This document shows, one piece after another, positions 145,408 through 157,800 of a stretch of DNA of 248,000 nt. Both the position numbers and the translations under genes were made by a program. Source of the stretch: Hyalangium minutum (GTDB lineage: Bacteria; Myxococcota; Myxococcia; Myxococcales; Myxococcaceae); assembly GCF_000737315.1 (NCBI RefSeq), contig NZ_JMCB01000006.1:20001-268000 (forward strand), given 5' to 3'. Position 1 is the first letter of the stretch, and the number at the start of each line of letters is the position of its first letter. The notes beneath the pieces were generated by a model that was not told where the DNA came from, did not search any database, and saw only the letters and a list, made by a program, of their open reading frames with translations.

Positions 145408-147651
145408 TCAGTGCCCTCCCAGCACCTTGTCGAGGGTGACGGGCAGGCTCCGGACGCGCTTGCCCGTCGCGTGGAAGATGGCGTTGGAGATCGCCGCTGC
145501 CACTCCGACGATGCCAATCTCCCCCAAGCCCTTGGCGCCCAGCGGGTTGACGACGGTGTCGTCCTCGTCAACGAAGAGGACCTCGATGTCCCGCACATCG
145601 GCGTTCACGGGCACGTGGTACTCGCCGAGGTTGTGGTTGATGAACCGGCCGAGTGCCGTGTCGACGACGGACTCCTCCTCCAGGGCCATACCGATGCCCC
145701 AGACGACGCCTCCCAGCACCTGACTGCGCGCCGTCTTCGGGTTCATGATGCGCCCGCCCGCCACGGCGGTGACGACGCGGGTCACCTGGATGATGCCCAG
145801 GTCCTCGTCCACCTTCACCTCCGCGAACACCGCCGAGTGCGCGGCCCGGGTGTACTTCTGCTGCTCGGAGAGGTTGGGCAGCGCCATCGTCTGCTCCTCG
145901 ATGCTCAGCACCTCGCCGTGCCGCATCGCCTCGAGCAGGGACACGGCCTTCGTGGGGTCCGCCTTTAGCCTGATTTGCCCACCCGCGAAGAACACCTCCT
146001 CCAGCTCCGACTTGGCGAGCGGTGAGCCGCGCACCTTCCGGGCCAGTTTGAACAACTGCTCGCGCACCTTCTCGCAGACCTCCTTCACCGCTGTGCCCAC
146101 GGAGGCCACCGTCCACGAGCCTCCCTCCAGCGGCGCGGGCGGCAGCGAGGAGTCGCCGAGCTTGAACGTCACGTCTTCCATCGGCAGCCCCAGCGTCTCC
146201 GCCGCGATCTGGGTCATCACCGTATAGGTGCCGGTGCCAATGTCCGAGGTGGCGCTGGACACGGTGAGCTTGCCGTCGATGCTCAGCAGGGCCTTGGCGC
146301 TGGCCGGCTGCTGCATCGCCTCCCAGACACCGGTGGCCATGCCCCAGCCGATGAGCTGCTTCCCGTCACGCATCGAGCGGGGCGTCGCCACCCGCCTGCC
146401 CCACCCGAAGCGCTCGGCGCCCTGGTGGTAGCAGGCCCGCAGCTCCTTGCTCGAGAACGGCTTGTCCGCGTTCTGGTCGCGCTCCGCGTAGTTCTTGAGG
146501 CGCAGCGCGAGCGGATCCACTCCCGCCGCATAGGCCAGCTCATCCATCGCGCACTCCAGCGCGTAGACGCCCCAGGCCGCTCCCGGCGCACGCATGTCGA
146601 GCGGCGTGTAGTGGTCCAGCGAGGCCACCTTGTAATCGAGCCGCACGTTGTCGCACTGGTAGAGCAGGCCGGACCAGTTGACGATGATCTCCGCGTAGTC
146701 CTCGAAGCGCGAGGTCTCCGAGATGGCCTCGTGGATGAGGGCCTGGAGCGTGCCGTCCGCCGACGCGCCGAGCGCCAGCCGCTGCAGCGTCGCGGGGCGG
146801 TGGCCGAACGTGAACATCTGCTGGCGCGTCATCACCACCCGCACCGAGCGCTTCAGCTCCCGCGACGCCATGACCGCGAGGAACAGCTGATACTGCGGCC
146901 GCAGCGCCGAGCCGAACGCTCCCCCCACGAAGGGTGAGCGCACGCGCGCCTCGCCCTCGGCCAGGTTGAACACCTTCGAGAGGTACTTCAGGCTGTTCTG
147001 CACGCCCTGCGTCTTGTCGTAGATGGTGAGCGTGCCGTCGTCCTCGTAGACCACCGTGGCCGCGTGCATCTCCATCGGGTTGTGGTGCTCGACCGGCGTC
147101 TCGTACTCCACGTCGATCCGCACCTCGGACTGGGCCAGTGCCTTGTCCGCATGGCCTCGGGGCTTCGGCGGAGGCTCGAAGCCGCCCTTGCCCATCTTCG
147201 GCGCTCGGGCCTTGCCGCGCTGCGCCCGTAGATCCGTCTCGTGCTTCTTGACTGAGTACTCGGCCCGGATGAGCGAGGCCGCGTAGCGGGCAGCCTCGAA
147301 CGTCTCCGCGACCACCAGCGCGATGGGCTGCCCGCTGTAGAGGATCTCGTCATCGTAGAGCGGCCGGAACGGTGAGCCCGCGGGCGAGTCCTCGTCCCGG
147401 TAGCTCTTATCGAACCATGGGAGCTTCGGCCGGTTCTCGTGCGTGAAGACGTGCAGCACCCCGGGCACCTGGAGCGCTTCCCTCGTCTCCAGCTTCTTGA
147501 TGCGGCCTCGGGCCACCGTGCTCGACACGACGACACCATAAGTAAGGCCGGGAGCTTGGAACTCTCCGGCGTACTTCGCCTGCCCCGTCACCTTCAGCGG
147601 TCCATCGACGCGGCTGACCGGCTTCCCCAGCAAGGGAGTGTGAGTGGTCAT
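145408..147651 (-). CDS. paoC: Xanthine dehydrogenase-family molybdopterin subunit (PaoC/YagR-like)
   Basis: [28 protein letters not shown]. Confidence 0.9.
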   Translation of the reverse strand: MTTHTPLLGKPVSRVDGPLKVTGQAKYAGEFQAPGLTYGVVVSSTVARGRIKKLETREALQVPGVLHVFTHENRPKLPWFDKSYRDEDSPAGSPFRPLYDDEILYSGQPIALVVAETFEAARYAASLIRAEYSVKKHETDLRAQRGKARAPKMGKGGFEPPPKPRGHADKALAQSEVRIDVEYETPVEHHNPMEMHAATVVYEDDGTLTIYDKTQGVQNSLKYLSKVFNLAEGEARVRSPFVGGAFGSALRPQYQLFLAVMASRELKRSVRVVMTRQQMFTFGHRPATLQRLALGASADGTLQALIHEAISETSRFEDYAEIIVNWSGLLYQCDNVRLDYKVASLDHYTPLDMRAPGAAWGVYALECAMDELAYAAGVDPLALRLKNYAERDQNADKPFSSKELRACYHQGAERFGWGRRVATPRSMRDGKQLIGWGMATGVWEAMQQPASAKALLSIDGKLTVSSATSDIGTGTYTVMTQIAAETLGLPMEDVTFKLGDSSLPPAPLEGGSWTVASVGTAVKEVCEKVREQLFKLARKVRGSPLAKSELEEVFFAGGQIRLKADPTKAVSLLEAMRHGEVLSIEEQTMALPNLSEQQKYTRAAHSAVFAEVKVDEDLGIIQVTRVVTAVAGGRIMNPKTARSQVLGGVVWGIGMALEEESVVDTALGRFINHNLGEYHVPVNADVRDIEVLFVDEDDTVVNPLGAKGLGEIGIVGVAAAISNAIFHATGKRVRSLPVTLDKVLGGH

Positions 147652-148643
147652 TGCTGCACCTCCGTTCCCGCCGCCTGCTCCAGCGCGCGGACCACCGCCC
147701 GCCGGGCCAGCTCAATCTTGAAGGTGTTGTGGCCATACCCCTTGGCGTCGCGAAGGATCGCGTCCGCCACGGACCGGAAGCTCTCCCCGGTGGCGCGCTG
147801 GCCGCTCAGCATCGCCTCGGCCTTCGTGTCTCGCCACGGCTTGTGCGCCACGCCTCCGAGCGCGATCCGCGCCTCCCGGATGACGCCTTCGTCCAGCTCC
147901 AGCCCCACCGCCACGGACACGAGCGCGAACGCGTACGACTGGCGGTCGCGGATCTTCAGATAGCTGAAGTTCCTCGCGAACCCCTTTGCGGGCAGGTCCA
148001 CCGAGGTGATCAGCTCGTCCGGCCGCAGGTTCGTGTCCAGGTGAGGCGTGTCCCCGGGCAGCCGGTGGAACTCGGCGATCGGGATGGTGCGCTCGCCGTC
148101 AGGTCCTTTGACTTGGATGGACGCTTCGAGCGCCGCGAGCGCCACGCACATGTCCGACGGGTGGGTGGCAATGCACTTCTCGCTCGTCCCAAGGATGGCG
148201 TGGATGCGGTTGATGCCCGCGAGCGCTCCACACCCCGAGCCGGGCTCGCGCTTATTGCAGGGCGTGCCCGTGTCATAGAAGTAGTAGCACCGCGTGCGCT
148301 GGAGCAGGTTGCCACCCGTGGTCGCCATGTTGCGCAGCTGCGCCGAGGCTCCCGCCAGGATGGCCTTCGACAGCAGCGGGTAGCGCTGCTCTACTCGCGC
148401 GTCGTACGCCACCGCCGAGTTCGTCACCAGCGCGCCAATCCTCAGCCCGCCGTCCGCCTGCTCCTCGATGGTGTTGAGAGGCAGCCGGTTGACGTCGATC
148501 AGGTGGCTCGGGCGCGACACGTTCTCCTTCATCAAGTCGAGGAGGTTCGTGCCACCCGCGATGAACCGCGCCCGCTCGTTCCGGGCAATCGCGCTCACGG
148601 CGCCCGCGACGCTGCCGGCCCGCTCGAAGGAGAACCGGTTCAT
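147648..148643 (-). CDS. paoB: FAD-binding subunit (PaoB/YagS-like)
   Basis: [22 protein letters not shown]. Confidence 0.9.
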   Translation of the reverse strand: MNRFSFERAGSVAGAVSAIARNERARFIAGGTNLLDLMKENVSRPSHLIDVNRLPLNTIEEQADGGLRIGALVTNSAVAYDARVEQRYPLLSKAILAGASAQLRNMATTGGNLLQRTRCYYFYDTGTPCNKREPGSGCGALAGINRIHAILGTSEKCIATHPSDMCVALAALEASIQVKGPDGERTIPIAEFHRLPGDTPHLDTNLRPDELITSVDLPAKGFARNFSYLKIRDRQSYAFALVSVAVGLELDEGVIREARIALGGVAHKPWRDTKAEAMLSGQRATGESFRSVADAILRDAKGYGHNTFKIELARRAVVRALEQAAGTEVQQ

Positions 148644-149176
148644 GGCTTCTCCTCCTTCTCGCACTCCTGCTTCGCCTGCTCGATGGCCGCGACGATGTTG
148701 GGATACGCGCCGCACCGGCAGAGGTTGCCGCTCATCAGCTCGCGGATGTCGTCTCTCGTCTGGGCCTTGCCCTCCTTGATGAGCCCCAGCGCGGAGCAGA
148801 TCTGCCCCGGAGTGCAGTAACCACACTGGAACGCGTCGTGCTCGACGAAGGCCGCCTGCAGCGGGTGGAGCGTCTCGCCCGAGGCAATGCCCTCGATGGT
148901 CGACACCTCCGCGCCGTCCTTCATCACCGCCAACGTCAGGCACGAGTTGATCCGCTGGCCATTCACCAGCACGGTGCAGGCGCCGCACTGCCCGTGGTCG
149001 CAGCCCTTCTTCGTGCCCGTCAGCTCCAGGTTCTCCCGCAGCAAGTCGAGCAGCGTCGTCCAAGGCTCGACCTCCAGCTGCTTCTCCGAGCCGTTGACCT
149101 TGAGGGTGATCGAATGCTTCGAGGGCGACTCCGCTGATGACACCCTCGCCGAGGGCTCATGGAAGGAAGGCTTCAC
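148640..149176 (-). CDS. paoA: 2Fe-2S subunit (PaoA/YagT-like)
   Basis: [20 protein letters not shown]. Confidence 0.92.
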   Translation of the reverse strand: MKPSFHEPSARVSSAESPSKHSITLKVNGSEKQLEVEPWTTLLDLLRENLELTGTKKGCDHGQCGACTVLVNGQRINSCLTLAVMKDGAEVSTIEGIASGETLHPLQAAFVEHDAFQCGYCTPGQICSALGLIKEGKAQTRDDIRELMSGNLCRCGAYPNIVAAIEQAKQECEKEEKP

Positions 149177-149494
149177 GTGAACACGCTCCTGCTGGAGATG
149201 GATCCGGTCCTAGCGAGGTAAGGACTCGGAGCGCTCGCGTCCTTCCGGGGGAGCCCGCACCCACGGCGGAGGATTGGCTAATGGATACTGGCGCCCTACA
149301 GCTCCCCTCATCGTGTTGAGTCGTCGAAAGCGGCGCTGCGCTTACATAGGTCGACACCCCACGACAAGTGCACCTACGTGGAAACCCGCTCTCTCGGAAA
149401 AACAACCGTGGCCGCGTAAGCTGCACGCAACTGATCCGAGGGCGCGCGGAGAACCATTCCAGCCCCTTTTTTTCCCTATCGAAGGAGAAGTCCC

Positions 149495-152400
149495 ATGGCC
149501 CGCCCCATTGAATCCGGCTCCGCCGACGTCGCCGCCCGCGAGGCTGCACGCCGCGCCGCCGAAGAGGCCGCCCGCCGCGCCGCTGAAGAGGCCGCTCGCC
149601 GCGCCGCTGAAGAGGCCGCCCGCCGCGCCGCCGAGGCCAAGAACAATCAGGTGACGAACAAGGCGACCACGCCCGAGAAGCCGGTCGCCACCCGGGACGA
149701 GTTCGCCGCCACCAGCACCCCCCAGGCCAAGGGCCCGGACCTCGAGGGCGGCAAGCCCACCGAGTCGAAGCTGCCGGAGAAGCCCGAAGACTTGCCCAAG
149801 CTCTTCCCCGAGCTGAAGGACAAGCCCAAGGAGGTGCTGCAGAAGACGTATGACTCGATGAAGAAGCTCACCGAGGGCGACTTCTCCGAGAAGGCCACCG
149901 CGCTAGGCGAGCTGTCCAAGACGTTCCCGGACACCACCAAGAACGTCCTCACCAAGCTGGGCATTCAGGACAACAAGCTGGCGAAGCTGGCCACCAACTC
150001 GGACGCGCTGTCCGCGCTGGGCAAGCTCACCAGCAAGGACTCCTCCACCGCTGACAAGGCCAGCGCCGCGCTCGAGCTGGCCAACGCCGCCGGCGACATC
150101 TTCAAGCCCGAGGACCTCAAGGGCGTGCTCAACCACGCGCTCAACGGCCTGCCCGCGGGCGCCAAGCTCGCCGAGGCCATTGGGGCCTTCACCGACCCCA
150201 ACAAGAGCGCGCTGGACAAGACTAAGGCCTCGCTGGAGCTGGCCTCGGCGCTCAAGGACTTCGCCGGCAAGTCCTTCCCGCAGGTGGAGAACACCCTGCG
150301 CAAGCTGGACGGCACCTTCCGCGCCGCCAACGCCGCCGTGAAGCTGCTGGACCCCGAGGCCTCCGCCAAGGACAAGGCCCTGGCCGCCGCTCAGCTCGCC
150401 GCCGAGCTGCCGGACCTCAAGAAGGACCTCACCGAGTTCAAGAACCTGCTCAAGCAGAACGGCGTGAAGGGCGCGGACGCCGCCGTGGACGAGGGCGCGA
150501 GGCTCGCCGACGCCGTGGTGAAGGGTCTCGACCCGGCCGTGGCCCAGAAGCTCACCCCGGATCAGCTCAAGGGGCTCCAGGACGTGGCCGCCAAGGTCGG
150601 CCCGGAGAACCTCGAGGGCGTGCTCAAGGGCATCCAGGACCCCAAGGCGCTCGAGGCGCTCACGGGCCAACTCGACAAGCTGGATGCTGACTCCGGCAAG
150701 CGGCTGCTCAAGACGCTGGGCGGCATGGAGCACGGCAACCTCGCCAAGGTCCTCACGGATCCGAAGACGGCCGAGCAGCTGGGCACCCTGGCCACCAAGC
150801 TGGACGACGAGGCCGCCGAGCTCGTCGGCAAGCTGGCCAAGGACATGGACGTCGACGGGCTGAAGACGCTGATGAAGTTCACCGACGGCGTCAGCGGCGA
150901 CGTGCTCAAGACGGGCCTCAAGGGCCTCAAGCCCCTGCTGGAGGAGGGCGGCGGCAAGCTGGTGGGCAAGGGCCTCAAGCTGCTGGACGACATGCTCGGC
151001 AAGATGGGCGTGAAGGTCACCGGCGAGGTGGCCGGCAAGGTCTTCAAGAACCTGGCGAAGGCCATCCCGCTCGCGGGCGCCGTGCCGGGCCTCATCGACG
151101 CGGGCAAGTACGCCAAGGAGGCGATGGACCTCCGGGACAAGAACAAGGACCTGGGCTTCTTCGCGCTGGTGGGCGCCAACCTCAACGCCGCGGATGCGGT
151201 GGTGGGCACGGCGCTGGACTTCACCGGCGTGGGCGCCGCAGTGGACCTGGGCGCGGGCGCCGCCTTCGGCGTGGCCGAGCTGGCGCTGGACCTGGCCTTC
151301 GACGCCGAGAAGAAGAAGATGGAGGCGGATCCGCAGAACTACCAGGCGCCGGACTGGATGAAGGCCGTAAACCTGGGCGCCGCCGCCGCCATGGGCCCCG
151401 CGGGCATGACGCAGCTCGCGGCCTACTACGGGCCCGAGGGCGCCGCCGAGCTGACCCAGTGGGGCATCGAGAAGGGTGCCAAGGGCGCGGTGAAGCTCGC
151501 CGAGTTCGCGGGCGTCAGCGCCGCCAACGCCACCGGCGATGGGATGAAGCTCACGGCGGGCTTCATCCACGGGCTCGCGGATGTGATCCGCAACCCCTCC
151601 AAGTACGGCGAGGCCGTCGCCACCAAGGCGCGTGATGCGTTCAACGCCGCCATGGAGAAGGGTGGCGAGATTGCCGCGGAGGCCAAGAAGGTCCTCGGCA
151701 ACGTCATCGACGAGGCGAAGCAGCTCGGCGAGAAGGGGCTCGACACCCTGAAGTTCATCGCCCAGAACCCGGGCGAGGCCGCGAAGATGGCGCTCGACGG
151801 CGTCAAGAGCATGGTCGACAAGGGCATGGAGCTGGCGCAGCAGGGCAAGGAGGCCCTGCTGAAGAAGGCCACCGAGACGCTCGACGCGCTCAAGACGGGC
151901 TGGGAGAACCTCAAGGGTGCCGCCAAGGAGAAGGCAGCGGAGCTCATCAACGGCGCCAAGGAGGGCATCCAGTCCGCGCTGAACAAGGCGAAGGAGCTGG
152001 GCGAGAAGGGCCTCGAGACGCTCAAGTGGGCCGCCACGCACCCGGGTGAAGTGGGCGAGATGGCCAAGAAGGCCTTCACCGACCTGATGGCCAAGGGCGG
152101 TGAGGTGGCCAAGAAGGCCTGGGACGGGCTCAAGAGCCTGGGCGCCAAGGGGCTCGAGGTGGCCGAGGCCGCCGTCAAGGGACTCAAGGACGCGGGCGGC
152201 AAGGCGGTGGAGACACTCAAGTACATCGCCGAGAACCCGGGCGAGGCCGCCGCCAAGGTGCGCGACTGGGCCGGCCAGACGCTCTCGGACATGGCGCGCA
152301 AGGGCGGTGAGATGGCGAAGGAGGCCGCCACCGCCATCAAGGACTTCGTGGACCGGCGCGTGGACTGGGCCAAGCAGTTCGCCACGGACCTGCTCAAGGA

Positions 152401-152743
152401 CGGCGTGGAGTCCTTCAAGGAGGTCGCCAAGGCCTGGGGACAGAACCTCACCGAGGGCGGCAAGGAGATCCTCGGCGCGCTCAAGGATCTGGGCGGCGCG
152501 GGCGTGAACGCGCTGCAGGACCTCGCCAAGGCGGGCGGGCAGCTGGCTGAGGCCGCCGTGGGCTACTTGGGCGACCTGGCGAAGATGGGCGTGGACGCCG
152601 CGAAGGGCGCGCTCGAGGGCCTGGCGAACTTCGGCGGCGAGGTCGGCCGGCTGGCCAGCGGCGCGTTCGATGCGGTGAAGAACGCCACCAACGGCGAGAT
152701 GAGCGTCTTCGGCCACAAGGTGGACGTGAACCCGTTCTGGTGA
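149495..152743 (+). CDS. Large Lys/Ala/Gly-rich all-helical hypothetical protein
   Basis: Strong RBS aaggag, AARRAAEE repeats, recurring K..E.G.K..ETLK.IA..PGEAA units. Confidence 0.8.
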   Translation: MARPIESGSADVAAREAARRAAEEAARRAAEEAARRAAEEAARRAAEAKNNQVTNKATTPEKPVATRDEFAATSTPQAKGPDLEGGKPTESKLPEKPEDLPKLFPELKDKPKEVLQKTYDSMKKLTEGDFSEKATALGELSKTFPDTTKNVLTKLGIQDNKLAKLATNSDALSALGKLTSKDSSTADKASAALELANAAGDIFKPEDLKGVLNHALNGLPAGAKLAEAIGAFTDPNKSALDKTKASLELASALKDFAGKSFPQVENTLRKLDGTFRAANAAVKLLDPEASAKDKALAAAQLAAELPDLKKDLTEFKNLLKQNGVKGADAAVDEGARLADAVVKGLDPAVAQKLTPDQLKGLQDVAAKVGPENLEGVLKGIQDPKALEALTGQLDKLDADSGKRLLKTLGGMEHGNLAKVLTDPKTAEQLGTLATKLDDEAAELVGKLAKDMDVDGLKTLMKFTDGVSGDVLKTGLKGLKPLLEEGGGKLVGKGLKLLDDMLGKMGVKVTGEVAGKVFKNLAKAIPLAGAVPGLIDAGKYAKEAMDLRDKNKDLGFFALVGANLNAADAVVGTALDFTGVGAAVDLGAGAAFGVAELALDLAFDAEKKKMEADPQNYQAPDWMKAVNLGAAAAMGPAGMTQLAAYYGPEGAAELTQWGIEKGAKGAVKLAEFAGVSAANATGDGMKLTAGFIHGLADVIRNPSKYGEAVATKARDAFNAAMEKGGEIAAEAKKVLGNVIDEAKQLGEKGLDTLKFIAQNPGEAAKMALDGVKSMVDKGMELAQQGKEALLKKATETLDALKTGWENLKGAAKEKAAELINGAKEGIQSALNKAKELGEKGLETLKWAATHPGEVGEMAKKAFTDLMAKGGEVAKKAWDGLKSLGAKGLEVAEAAVKGLKDAGGKAVETLKYIAENPGEAAAKVRDWAGQTLSDMARKGGEMAKEAATAIKDFVDRRVDWAKQFATDLLKDGVESFKEVAKAWGQNLTEGGKEILGALKDLGGAGVNALQDLAKAGGQLAEAAVGYLGDLAKMGVDAAKGALEGLANFGGEVGRLASGAFDAVKNATNGEMSVFGHKVDVNPFW
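149549..149637. repeat. 24-bp tandem repeat encoding RRAAEEAA
   Basis: Three full copies plus partial. Confidence 0.85.
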
Positions 152744-152778
152744 TGCCGCGCCCCAGGGGGCGGCCTGGAGACGGCGGG

Positions 152779-153624
152779 CTAGATGCGCGCGAGCTTGTCC
152801 GGGTTGAGGATCGCCCGGATGCCGTGGATGCGCTCCCCGTCCGTCTCCAGCGAGATGACGTCGAAGACGGTCCCGTTCAGCCGCACCACCAATGAGGGCC
152901 AGCCGTTCACCTCGAGGACCTCCGCCCCGAACCCGAACTTCGCCTTCTTCACGATGCCGATGTACAGGCGCGCCACCGCATCCGCCCCATGGACAGGCCG
153001 CGTGGAGGCCCCGAAGGCCTTGCCTCCACCGTCCGACCAGGCCGTCACGTCATCGGAGAGCATGCGCTTGAGGCCTTCCAGATCCCCGCTGACGCACGCC
153101 GAGAGGAACCCGGTCACCAGCCGCTCATGGGCCTGCTTGGAGGGCGCGAACCGGGGCCGCCGCGCTTGGAGGTGCTCGCGGGCCCGGTGCAGCAACTGAC
153201 GGCACGCGGCCTCCTCCTTGCCCACCATCTGGGAGACCTCGGCGTGGCTGTAGCCGAACACCTCGTGCAGCAGGTACACGGCGCGCTCCACCGGCGTGAG
153301 GCTCTCGAGCAACACCAGGAACGCGACGGAGATCGTCTCGGGATCCACTGCAGAGTCCGTGCGCACGGGCTCGGGAAGCCACGGCCCCACGTAGACCTCC
153401 CGGTTGGCCCTCGCGCTCTTGAGGTGATCCAGGCACAGCCGCGTCACCACCGTGGCGAGGAACGCCCGGCCCGAGCGCACCGCGTCCCGCGGTGCTGACT
153501 GCCAGCGCAGCCAGGCCTCCTGGACGATGTCCTCTGCCTCGGCCGCCGAGCCGAGCATCCGGTAGGCGATGGCCACCAGCATGGGCCTGTGGGTCTCGAA
153601 GACCGCCATGAGCTCTCCCGTCAT
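152779..153624 (-). CDS. sigJ: ECF sigma factor, ECF41/SigJ type with SnoaL-like extension
   Basis: AYRMLGS.AEAEDIVQEAW, YVGPWLPEP, DGGGK. Confidence 0.9.
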   Translation of the reverse strand: MTGELMAVFETHRPMLVAIAYRMLGSAAEAEDIVQEAWLRWQSAPRDAVRSGRAFLATVVTRLCLDHLKSARANREVYVGPWLPEPVRTDSAVDPETISVAFLVLLESLTPVERAVYLLHEVFGYSHAEVSQMVGKEEAACRQLLHRAREHLQARRPRFAPSKQAHERLVTGFLSACVSGDLEGLKRMLSDDVTAWSDGGGKAFGASTRPVHGADAVARLYIGIVKKAKFGFGAEVLEVNGWPSLVVRLNGTVFDVISLETDGERIHGIRAILNPDKLARI

Positions 153625-154790
153625 GCCGCCAGTGTGCTCCGGCCCGGGACTTCGAGCGAGCGCGTTCGCCCCGTCTTGACCCACAGGGTCCGCACCCAGC
153701 GCCTGCGCTCGCCCAGGAGCGTCCACACAGTGAAGCGGACGATGAACTCCTTCACCCAGGCCGCCGTGCGGCCCTTGAGGACCCAGTGCGCGGGCGAGCC
153801 ATCCCGGCCCATCGGTTGGATCAGACCGTCCTTCCGGCCGAGGCTGATGCACACCCCCGCATCCATATAGTCGAAGGGCAGCTCCGGCAGGCCGCGAGCA
153901 AGCCGTGCGAGGTTCTCTCCGACGTGGGCGCCCATCGGCAGCGCGGTCTTGCAGCCCATCCCTGTGGGAGCGAGCGGCTCGACCACGCAGGCCGCATCCC
154001 CGACGACGCAGACGTTCTCGTGCCCGAGCGCCCGGAGGTACGGATCCACCAGCACCTGCCCCCGCGTGTTCACAGGCAGCCCGGACTCGCGCACCACGGA
154101 CGGCACCACGAAGCCCCCGACCCAGACACAGGCATCGAACGGCACAAACCTGTCTGACAACTCGACCGCTCCGGCCTGGACGCGCCGCACCTCCCCCTGC
154201 TGCACGGAGATCCCGAGCCGGCGCAGCACCGCGTTCAGATGCGAGCGCCCCGCCTCCGAGAGGTTCTCCCCCAGAGGACTCGAGGACAGCAGGGTCACCT
154301 GGAGCCCCGGATAGGACTCCGCCATCTCCGTGGCGCTCTCGATGCCAGTGAGCCCGCCTCCAATGACGACCACGCGCCCCTTGCGCGCGGCGATGGAAGG
154401 GAGCTGCTTGGCCAGCTCCGCCGAGGAGCCAGCATCGATCGTCCACGCGTGCTCCCGGACACCTGGCACCCGGTCCCGATCCACCTGAGAGCCCAGCGCC
154501 ACCACCAGACGATCGAAGGGCACCTGCTCTCCCTCCACCGTGACTTCACCGCGAGGATCCACCCGGGTGACCCAGCCGCGCTTCAGCACAACGCCCGTGC
154601 CCTTCAGCATCGAGGCGAGCTCCCGCACCACCAGGGACTGGCCCGCCGCCTGCTGGTGAAGCCGGATGCGCTCCACGAAATGATCGCTCGCGCTCACAAG
154701 CGTGATGTCCGCCTGCCCACGGGCCTGCCACGCAAGCCGCAGCGCGCACACAACACCTGCATACCCACCACCGAGAATGACGACGCGCAT
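153621..154790 (-). CDS. NAD(P)/FAD-dependent oxidoreductase (NDH-2-like)
   Basis: GGGYAG, GGGLTGIE, VGD. Confidence 0.9.
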   Translation of the reverse strand: MRVVILGGGYAGVVCALRLAWQARGQADITLVSASDHFVERIRLHQQAAGQSLVVRELASMLKGTGVVLKRGWVTRVDPRGEVTVEGEQVPFDRLVVALGSQVDRDRVPGVREHAWTIDAGSSAELAKQLPSIAARKGRVVVIGGGLTGIESATEMAESYPGLQVTLLSSSPLGENLSEAGRSHLNAVLRRLGISVQQGEVRRVQAGAVELSDRFVPFDACVWVGGFVVPSVVRESGLPVNTRGQVLVDPYLRALGHENVCVVGDAACVVEPLAPTGMGCKTALPMGAHVGENLARLARGLPELPFDYMDAGVCISLGRKDGLIQPMGRDGSPAHWVLKGRTAAWVKEFIVRFTVWTLLGERRRWVRTLWVKTGRTRSLEVPGRSTLAA

Positions 154791-154889
154791 GGTTCCGCTC
154801 CTTTTTCGCCAGGGAGACGACCTGGGAAATTCGGGCGTGACACTGCGCGACGAATCGCTGAATCCCCTGTGAATCCGGGACCTTACAAC

Positions 154890-157800
154890 TCAAGCCGCCT
154901 GGCCGGTGAGCCCCGCGTGCGCGCGCTTCACGCCCTCGCGTATCAGCTCGCGCAACCGCTCCGGGTCGAAGGGCTTCTCCACCCGGGGGTTGCTCACCTG
155001 CTCCAGGAACTCCTTAGCCGCGGGGGTGTAGGCCCCCCCGGTGATGAACACCATGCGCCGGGCCTGCTCCGGCGCGGCCCGCACGAGCTGGGCGTACAGC
155101 TCCATGCCCGTCATCTCCGGCATCATGAGATCGCAGAGGATGACGTCGTAGTGGGCCTTGGGCGAGCACAGCATCTCCAGCGCTCGCCGCGCGCTCACCA
155201 CCACCTCCACCTCGTGGTCCTTCGCGAGCGTCCGCCGCAGCGCAGCGCTCACCAGCGGATCATCGTCCACCACCAGCACTTGGCCCCGCTCCACGGTGCC
155301 CGCCTGCACCGGAGCGCTGCGCTGCACCCGATCGAGCTGGCTGCTCGACCGGGGCAACGCCACCCGGAACACGGTGCCCTTGCCCACCTGGCTCTCCACC
155401 TCGATGCGCCCGCCCATCGACGTGACGAACGCATGGCACAGCGCCAGTCCCAGCCCCGTGCCCACGCCCACCGGCTTGGTGGTGAAGAACGGATCGAAGA
155501 TGCGCCCGAGCACCTCCGGCGGGATGCCGCAGCCCGTGTCCCGCACCTCCGCCACCACCTCGCCCTGGGCCCCGTGCTTGAGAACGAGCCGGACCTCGTG
155601 CTGCTCGGGCCTGCCCTCGGGCAGCGCCTGGGCTGCGTTGATGATGAGGTTGAGGAACACCTGCGACAGCCGCGCCTCGTTGCCCTCCACGGGCGGCACC
155701 TCCGCCGCGTACTCGCGCGTGAGCTGGGCCCTGGGGCGCAGCTCCCCTGCCGCCATCTTCGCCGCCGAGTCCATCACCGCCCGCAGGTCCACCGGCCCCC
155801 GCGCGTCATCGTCCTGGCGCGAGAACGTCTTCAAGTCCCTCACGATGCGCCGCACCCGATCCGCGCCCATGAGCGCCTCGCGCAGCACCTGGTGCATGTC
155901 GCGCAGGCGCTCGCGCAGCGGCTCGGAGGACTCCGCCAACTGCGCCAGCGTCTCCGTCTCCTCGCAGGAGTGCTCCAGGTTGGACACGATGTACGAGAGC
156001 GGGTTGTTGATCTCGTGCCCCACGCCCGCGGCCAGTGTTCCCACCGCCGCCATCTTCCCAGCCTGCACCAGCTGGACCTGCGTGGCGCGCAGCGTGCGCA
156101 GGTTGGCATCCAGCTCCTCGTTGGCGCGCGCCAGCTCCTGGGTGCGCTCCTCCACGCGAGCCTGCAGCCAGCGCTCGCGCCGCTTGAGCCGGCCCACGCG
156201 CCACGCGTAGATGCCTGCCGCCATCCCACCCGCCCCCAGCGCGCACAGCCCGTAGAACCACGCCGACTGGTAGAACCAGGCGCGCAGCACCACCTCCAGC
156301 ACGGCCCCGGGCGCCACCCAGTTGCCCGTGCGGTCCATCGCCTGCACGCGGAAGGTGTAGCGGCCCGGCGGCAGCCGCGTGTACGTGGCCACGCGCCGGC
156401 CCTCGGCCTCCACCCACGCGCGGTCGTGCCCCTCCAGCATGTACCGGAACTGCACCCGGGGAGCCCCCTCCTTCACGAAGGCGGTGAAGCGGATGTCCAC
156501 GTCCTGCTGCTCCGGCTCCAGCTCCAGCAGGCCACTCAGCGGCACCGGCTGGCCCTGCACCCGCACCTCCTCGATGCGCGGGTGCGGCGGCGAGTGCCGG
156601 AGCCGGACATCCTTCGTGTTCACCATCATCGCGCCCCGCAGGTTGGCGAACCACATCCGGCCATCCCGCGTCTCCCACCCGGAAGGCAGGCCCGCGTTGC
156701 ACTCGCCCGCGCGCATCCCGTCCCGCTCATCGAAGAGGACGCCGCTCACGCGCGGGAGCTTGCCGTCCGCCACCGCCTCCAGCTCGTGCCGGCTCACCCG
156801 CGAGACGCCCTTGTTGCTGCTCATCCAGAAGAAGCCCTCGGCATCCAGCAGCAGGTTGAAGATCGTCTCATCCGGCAGCCCCTGCGCGGCGGTGACCGAG
156901 GCGAAGCGCCCGTCCTTCCAGCGCGACAGGCCCGTGGAGGTCCCCACCCACAGCGTGCCGTGCGCGTCCACGAAGAGGCTCATGATCACATTCCCCGCCA
157001 GTCCCTCCTGGGTGGTGAAGCGGGTGAGCGTGCCGCGGTCGAACCGGACCAGGCCCTTCTTCGTGCCGTACCAGAGCACCCCTGACTCCTCGCGCACCAA
157101 GGCCGTGGCGGCGTCCGCGGGAGTCCCCTTCTCTGGCGGGTACAGCGTCACCCGCCCATTGCTCAGCCAGGCCAGTCCCTCCGAGGTGGAGAACCACATA
157201 TCTCCGTCCGGCTCGGGCACCATGGCGAAGATGACGGCTCCTGGCGGCATCCCCGACTCGGTCCCCAGCGGGACGAAGCGGCCCCCCTGCTGGTAATAGG
157301 CGCCGGAGGACGTCCCCACCCAGAGCGCCCCGTCCGAGCCCAGCGCGAGCGTGCGGATGCGGTCCTCCAACAAGCCCTCCTCCGCTCCCACCCGGCGGAT
157401 GACGCCGTCCTTCATGCGCTCCAGGCCCTGGGAATTCGAGGCCATCCACAGCGTGCCGTCGGGTGTCTCCAGCACCATCCGGACGTTCTCGAGAACCGAA
157501 CCCTCGGGCGCCCCGATGGGAATGAACGGGCCATTGCTCAGCCGATGCAAGCCATCCGTCCCGGTGCCGATCCACAGGTGCCCGTCGCGGTCCTCGAGCA
157601 GGCTGGCCACGAGCGCATGGGCGAGCTCCTTGGACGCGGTGACGGCGCTGAACGTCTCACCCGTGCGCCGCAGCAAACCCTGGTAGGTGCCGATCCACAG
157701 GTTGCCATCCCGGTCTTCGCGCAGCTCGCCCACCGCCACGTTCGGCATGCCCTGCTCCGGGCCGTACCGGGTGAACTGGCCCTCGCGCAGGGCGAGCAGC

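Noticed and set aside
145408-149176. Molybdo-flavoenzyme operon as novel
   Set aside because: Standard PaoABC/YagTSR arrangement
149903-152716. 937-aa antisense ORF, and similar long shadows such as 2931..5588, 33039..36218, 154239..157085, 204174..206678
   Set aside because: Mirror frames of real genes caused by high GC3; no motifs
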